Shown here in pieces: positions 29,782 to 32,000 of a DNA stretch of 32,000 nt (position 1 is its first letter; the number at the start of each line of letters is the position of its first letter). A model generated the notes under the pieces. The model saw only the letters and a program-made list of their open reading frames with translations. It did no database searches and was not told the DNA's origin. The translations under genes and the position numbers were made by a program. The stretch is from the NCBI RefSeq assembly GCF_025273655.1, contig NZ_CP045921.1:330001-362000 (forward strand), in the 5' to 3' direction. The stretch is from Candidatus Saccharimonadota bacterium. Lineage in GTDB: Bacteria; Patescibacteriota; Saccharimonadia; Saccharimonadales; Saccharimonadaceae.

Positions 29782-30174
29782 ATGACGAATCGTTTGATTT
29801 GTCTGTTCATACTGCGCTCACTCCACGTGAGCCTGGCGGAAGGAAGTTCCATGGATAACAAGCTCTCTCCTTGGTTGGAGGACTCTGGTGTGGCGGGCTA
29901 CGGATATCGTGGCCGCGACTCTCTGCGGGTCAGTCACGACACGCATGATTTTCCGGTGCAGGAGCGAAAGTACGAGCGCAAGCAGGGCAACTCGATTGTT
30001 CGCCGGCTGTATGCAGCGTTGTCCGTACTCCTCAGGTTGCCACTGGTGGCCTGCAAGGGCGATAGCGCCCTTGAGGAGTACTACGCACGACGTACCTGGC
30101 TGCTACCGGTCGTGCTCGCGATCGCCGTAGTTGGCAGCGTTGCTTTTGTGATGTGCGTCATATTGTGGCCGTGA
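29782..30174 (+). CDS. Small protein with a C-terminal TM helix (hypothetical, GC-rich)
   Basis: 130 aa ending in WLLPVVLAIAVVGSVAFVMCVILWP. The start is supported by the leaderless-type promoter. An alternative-frame ORF (29888-30130) makes the coding call less certain. Confidence 0.4.
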   Translation: MTNRLICLFILRSLHVSLAEGSSMDNKLSPWLEDSGVAGYGYRGRDSLRVSHDTHDFPVQERKYERKQGNSIVRRLYAALSVLLRLPLVACKGDSALEEYYARRTWLLPVVLAIAVVGSVAFVMCVILWP

Positions 30175-30242
30175 GGCTGCGTGTGCTGTTGTCGGGTGGA
30201 GTCCGGATTTCCTTCCGCCTCCCCCAACCTATGCTGTCATAG

Positions 30243-30674
30243 TTATGACGCTGTAGGCTGTGGGAGGTCAGCGCGACAATTTTTGCAGATACCGCTTAGC
30301 TCGACGGTGTGGCTTTTCAATGTGAATTCATGCCTATTGGCGACAAGTGTTAACACGTCTTCGAGTGTGTCGTTGGCTATTTCCTCTACTCTGCCGCATT
30401 GCTCACAGATCATATGGTGGTGATGTGGTTTGAATGGTTCGGCAAGTTCTGTAAAAGGTGTCCAGCCTCGGATAGTCGTCGTGGTGATGCCAAGTTTTGT
30501 GAAAAGCTCCAGTGATCGATAGACACTGGCTCTGTCGATATTGGGTGTGCGTTTGGCTATTTCACCATTTTTGAGTGGTTCGTCAGTGGTTTTGAGTGTC
30601 TCGAACACGGCCTGACGCGGCTTGGTGATACTTTGTCCTGCGTCTCGAAGGATTGATTCGAAGTCTGCATTCAT
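30243..30674 (-). CDS. Fur-family metalloregulator (Fur/Zur/PerR type)
   Basis: 143 aa with an N-terminal winged-helix (ASVYRSLELFTKLGI), an HHHHMICEQCG block and a C-terminal CKNC, which is the structural Zn CxxC pair. Confidence 0.85.
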   Translation of the reverse strand: MNADFESILRDAGQSITKPRQAVFETLKTTDEPLKNGEIAKRTPNIDRASVYRSLELFTKLGITTTTIRGWTPFTELAEPFKPHHHHMICEQCGRVEEIANDTLEDVLTLVANRHEFTLKSHTVELSGICKNCRADLPQPTAS

Positions 30675-30682
30675 ACATTACG

Positions 30683-30765
30683 ATTATAGCATAAATTGCG
30701 ACAGAATTGCATTTATAATTTTAAATGCGATATTTTTGCAAAATTACTAACTTATGCCGTATTAT
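30683..30765. promoter_or_regulatory. Divergent promoter region with two palindromes (candidate Fur-family operators)
   Basis: On the - strand: TGcTATAAT at 30691-30683, 8 nt before the fur-family ATG. On the + strand: TTGCAA (30736-41)-18-TATTAT (30760-65). The palindromes are GCATTTA-6-TAAATGC (30709-30728) and TTTTGCAAAA (30734-30743). Confidence 0.5.
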
Positions 30766-30795
30766 CAGATGATTATAAGAGAAAGGAGCAGTACG

Positions 30796-31170
30796 GTGAA
30801 CTATGAAGGTGATTTGAAACATTCATTCGCACATATTCAGATTAGTGATGCAGTAGTTCAAAATACAACGGGCGCACAGGCGGAACGTTTTACGCAGGCT
30901 GGATTAACTGGATTTTTTGATGAGTTGCAAGACAGCTATGGCACTATCTTTGATCAACATCAGCTAGCGGGTATAATCACCAGTGAACATCATGATTTTG
31001 ATGCAGCGGGTGCTTTTGGTAAGTTTGCGGGCCGTTTGGCTGTGCGTGAAAGCGGTCTGGTAATCATCGAAAAACGTCTACACCATGAAGCGGCAGATAG
31101 CTTATTGAGTATATCATTGCAGGGCGCGCTTCGAAGGTCAGTTGGTAATCTACTGCACTACGCCCGCTAG
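30796..31170 (+). CDS. Hypothetical protein divergent from the Fur-family gene
   Basis: A GTG at 30796 is preceded by AAGGAG at a 7-nt spacing and is preferred over the track ATG at 30754, which would lie inside the promoter. No motif recognised. Confidence 0.45.
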   Translation: MNYEGDLKHSFAHIQISDAVVQNTTGAQAERFTQAGLTGFFDELQDSYGTIFDQHQLAGIITSEHHDFDAAGAFGKFAGRLAVRESGLVIIEKRLHHEAADSLLSISLQGALRRSVGNLLHYAR

Positions 31171-32000
31171 CTCATGGAGGGCAAAAATGTATTGAGCGCA
31201 AGCCGACTTAACGCCTGAAAGATCGATTCGGGCGTATCTGTCGTGTTGACTACCGTTGCTGCAAGTGAAAATTCTGCACTCTCCTCGATACTGATAGTAT
31301 CTTTGAGGGCAATCAGGATTTTGTACTGCAGATCGGTAAGTTCAATCTCATTGTCGCTGGAGGTGTCGTTGTCGGTTTCTTTCTCCAGCTCAAGCGCGAT
31401 ACAGAGTTGCTCTGGACTGATGTCAAGCTTGTCGGCGATCTCATAGACCGAGTGTTGTAGCGATGAAGCTGTCAGTGGGGGGAGATCTTGCCCGGGAGAT
31501 TCCGCGTATTCAAGTAGGGAGTCTATGGTCATACGCGCCTCCTGGCGTGCTTCGGTGTCTATGGCGTCGAATGTCAGCTCGGGAGCGACGCTGGGTGCCA
31601 GTACGCTCAACGGTTCGACCGCTGGGTGATTCAGGGCATCTCTCGGTGATGCCTCAAGGAAATCATGCACGCCACTCGCGGAGAATGTCTCATCAACTTC
31701 TCCATCCGACTGAGTGTCATGGGTTTGGACTGTCGCTGCAACATACTCCCCGTCGAGATTTCCGTACAAGGCAGCATCCCACTCTTCTGCGGTGAACGAT
31801 GACTCGATTTCTGTCTCGGTGGCTGTATCGATTTCTGTGTGTAACTGGAGCACCTGTTCGAGCGTGTATTCCGGGAAGGCCACGGGGCTATGTGCCGTAG
31901 CCGACTCGAGGAGGATGGGTGCAGGAAACTCGTCTTCCCTATCGTCATGGTGGGTTGCGTCCAACACTGGGTCGTATGCGAGACCGATGCTTTCGGGTGG
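31167..32000 (-). CDS. Highly acidic protein, probably 5'-truncated by the window edge
   Basis: The track start at 31967 is GTG, and the frame stays open to base 32000. The protein is very rich in D/E/T/S. Its stop overlaps the convergent gene's stop within CTAG (31167-31170). Confidence 0.45.
   Translation of the reverse strand, partial: PPESIGLAYDPVLDATHHDDREDEFPAPILLESATAHSPVAFPEYTLEQVLQLHTEIDTATETEIESSFTAEEWDAALYGNLDGEYVAATVQTHDTQSDGEVDETFSASGVHDFLEASPRDALNHPAVEPLSVLAPSVAPELTFDAIDTEARQEARMTIDSLLEYAESPGQDLPPLTASSLQHSVYEIADKLDISPEQLCIALELEKETDNDTSSDNEIELTDLQYKILIALKDTISIEESAEFSLAATVVNTTDTPESIFQALSRLALNTFLPSMS

Overview
The window reads as a gene-dense slice of a small bacterial chromosome. 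My unverified guess is a reduced, Patescibacteria/Saccharibacteria-like lineage. Left third, + strand: a 5'-partial GH1 beta-glucosidase, a YvcK-like protein and a HAD-like protein. These are followed by a compact dcw division/cell-wall cluster, mraZ-rsmH-ftsL-ftsI-mraY-ftsW-murG-ftsQ, with no Mur ligases and no ftsA/ftsZ. After it come a ~1 kb ORF-free AT-rich gap, two small membrane proteins and an OtsA-OtsB fusion. Middle, - strand (15.6-28.6 kb): a 928-aa membrane-anchored HerA/VirD4-type P-loop ATPase, a 2-TM protein, a protein with sigma-70 region 4 only plus HARE-HTH-like repeats, a type IV pilin-like protein, a small orphan, topA, a GC-richer three-gene envelope cassette, dprA, a 600-bp ORF-free promoter/terminator-rich region and two more orphans. 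Right end: a TerC/DUF475 membrane protein, a small membrane orphan, a Fur-family regulator divergent from an unknown gene, and a very acidic protein running off the window. I recognised no rRNA, tRNA, CRISPR array, transposase or integrase. Strongest leads: (1) a ~65-nt structured element present twice (18835-18900, 21473-21537) with a compensatory base-pair change; (2) the ATPase / sigma4-HARE / pilin module next to topA-dprA; (3) GC-richer orphan cassettes on both sides of dprA; (4) an sRNA-like locus at 27.05-27.65 kb; (5) a palindromic DnaA-box pair and MraZ-box repeats upstream of mraZ; (6) recurrent leaderless-type promoter/start-codon fusions. All protein calls rest on motif recognition by eye. 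No database search was run.
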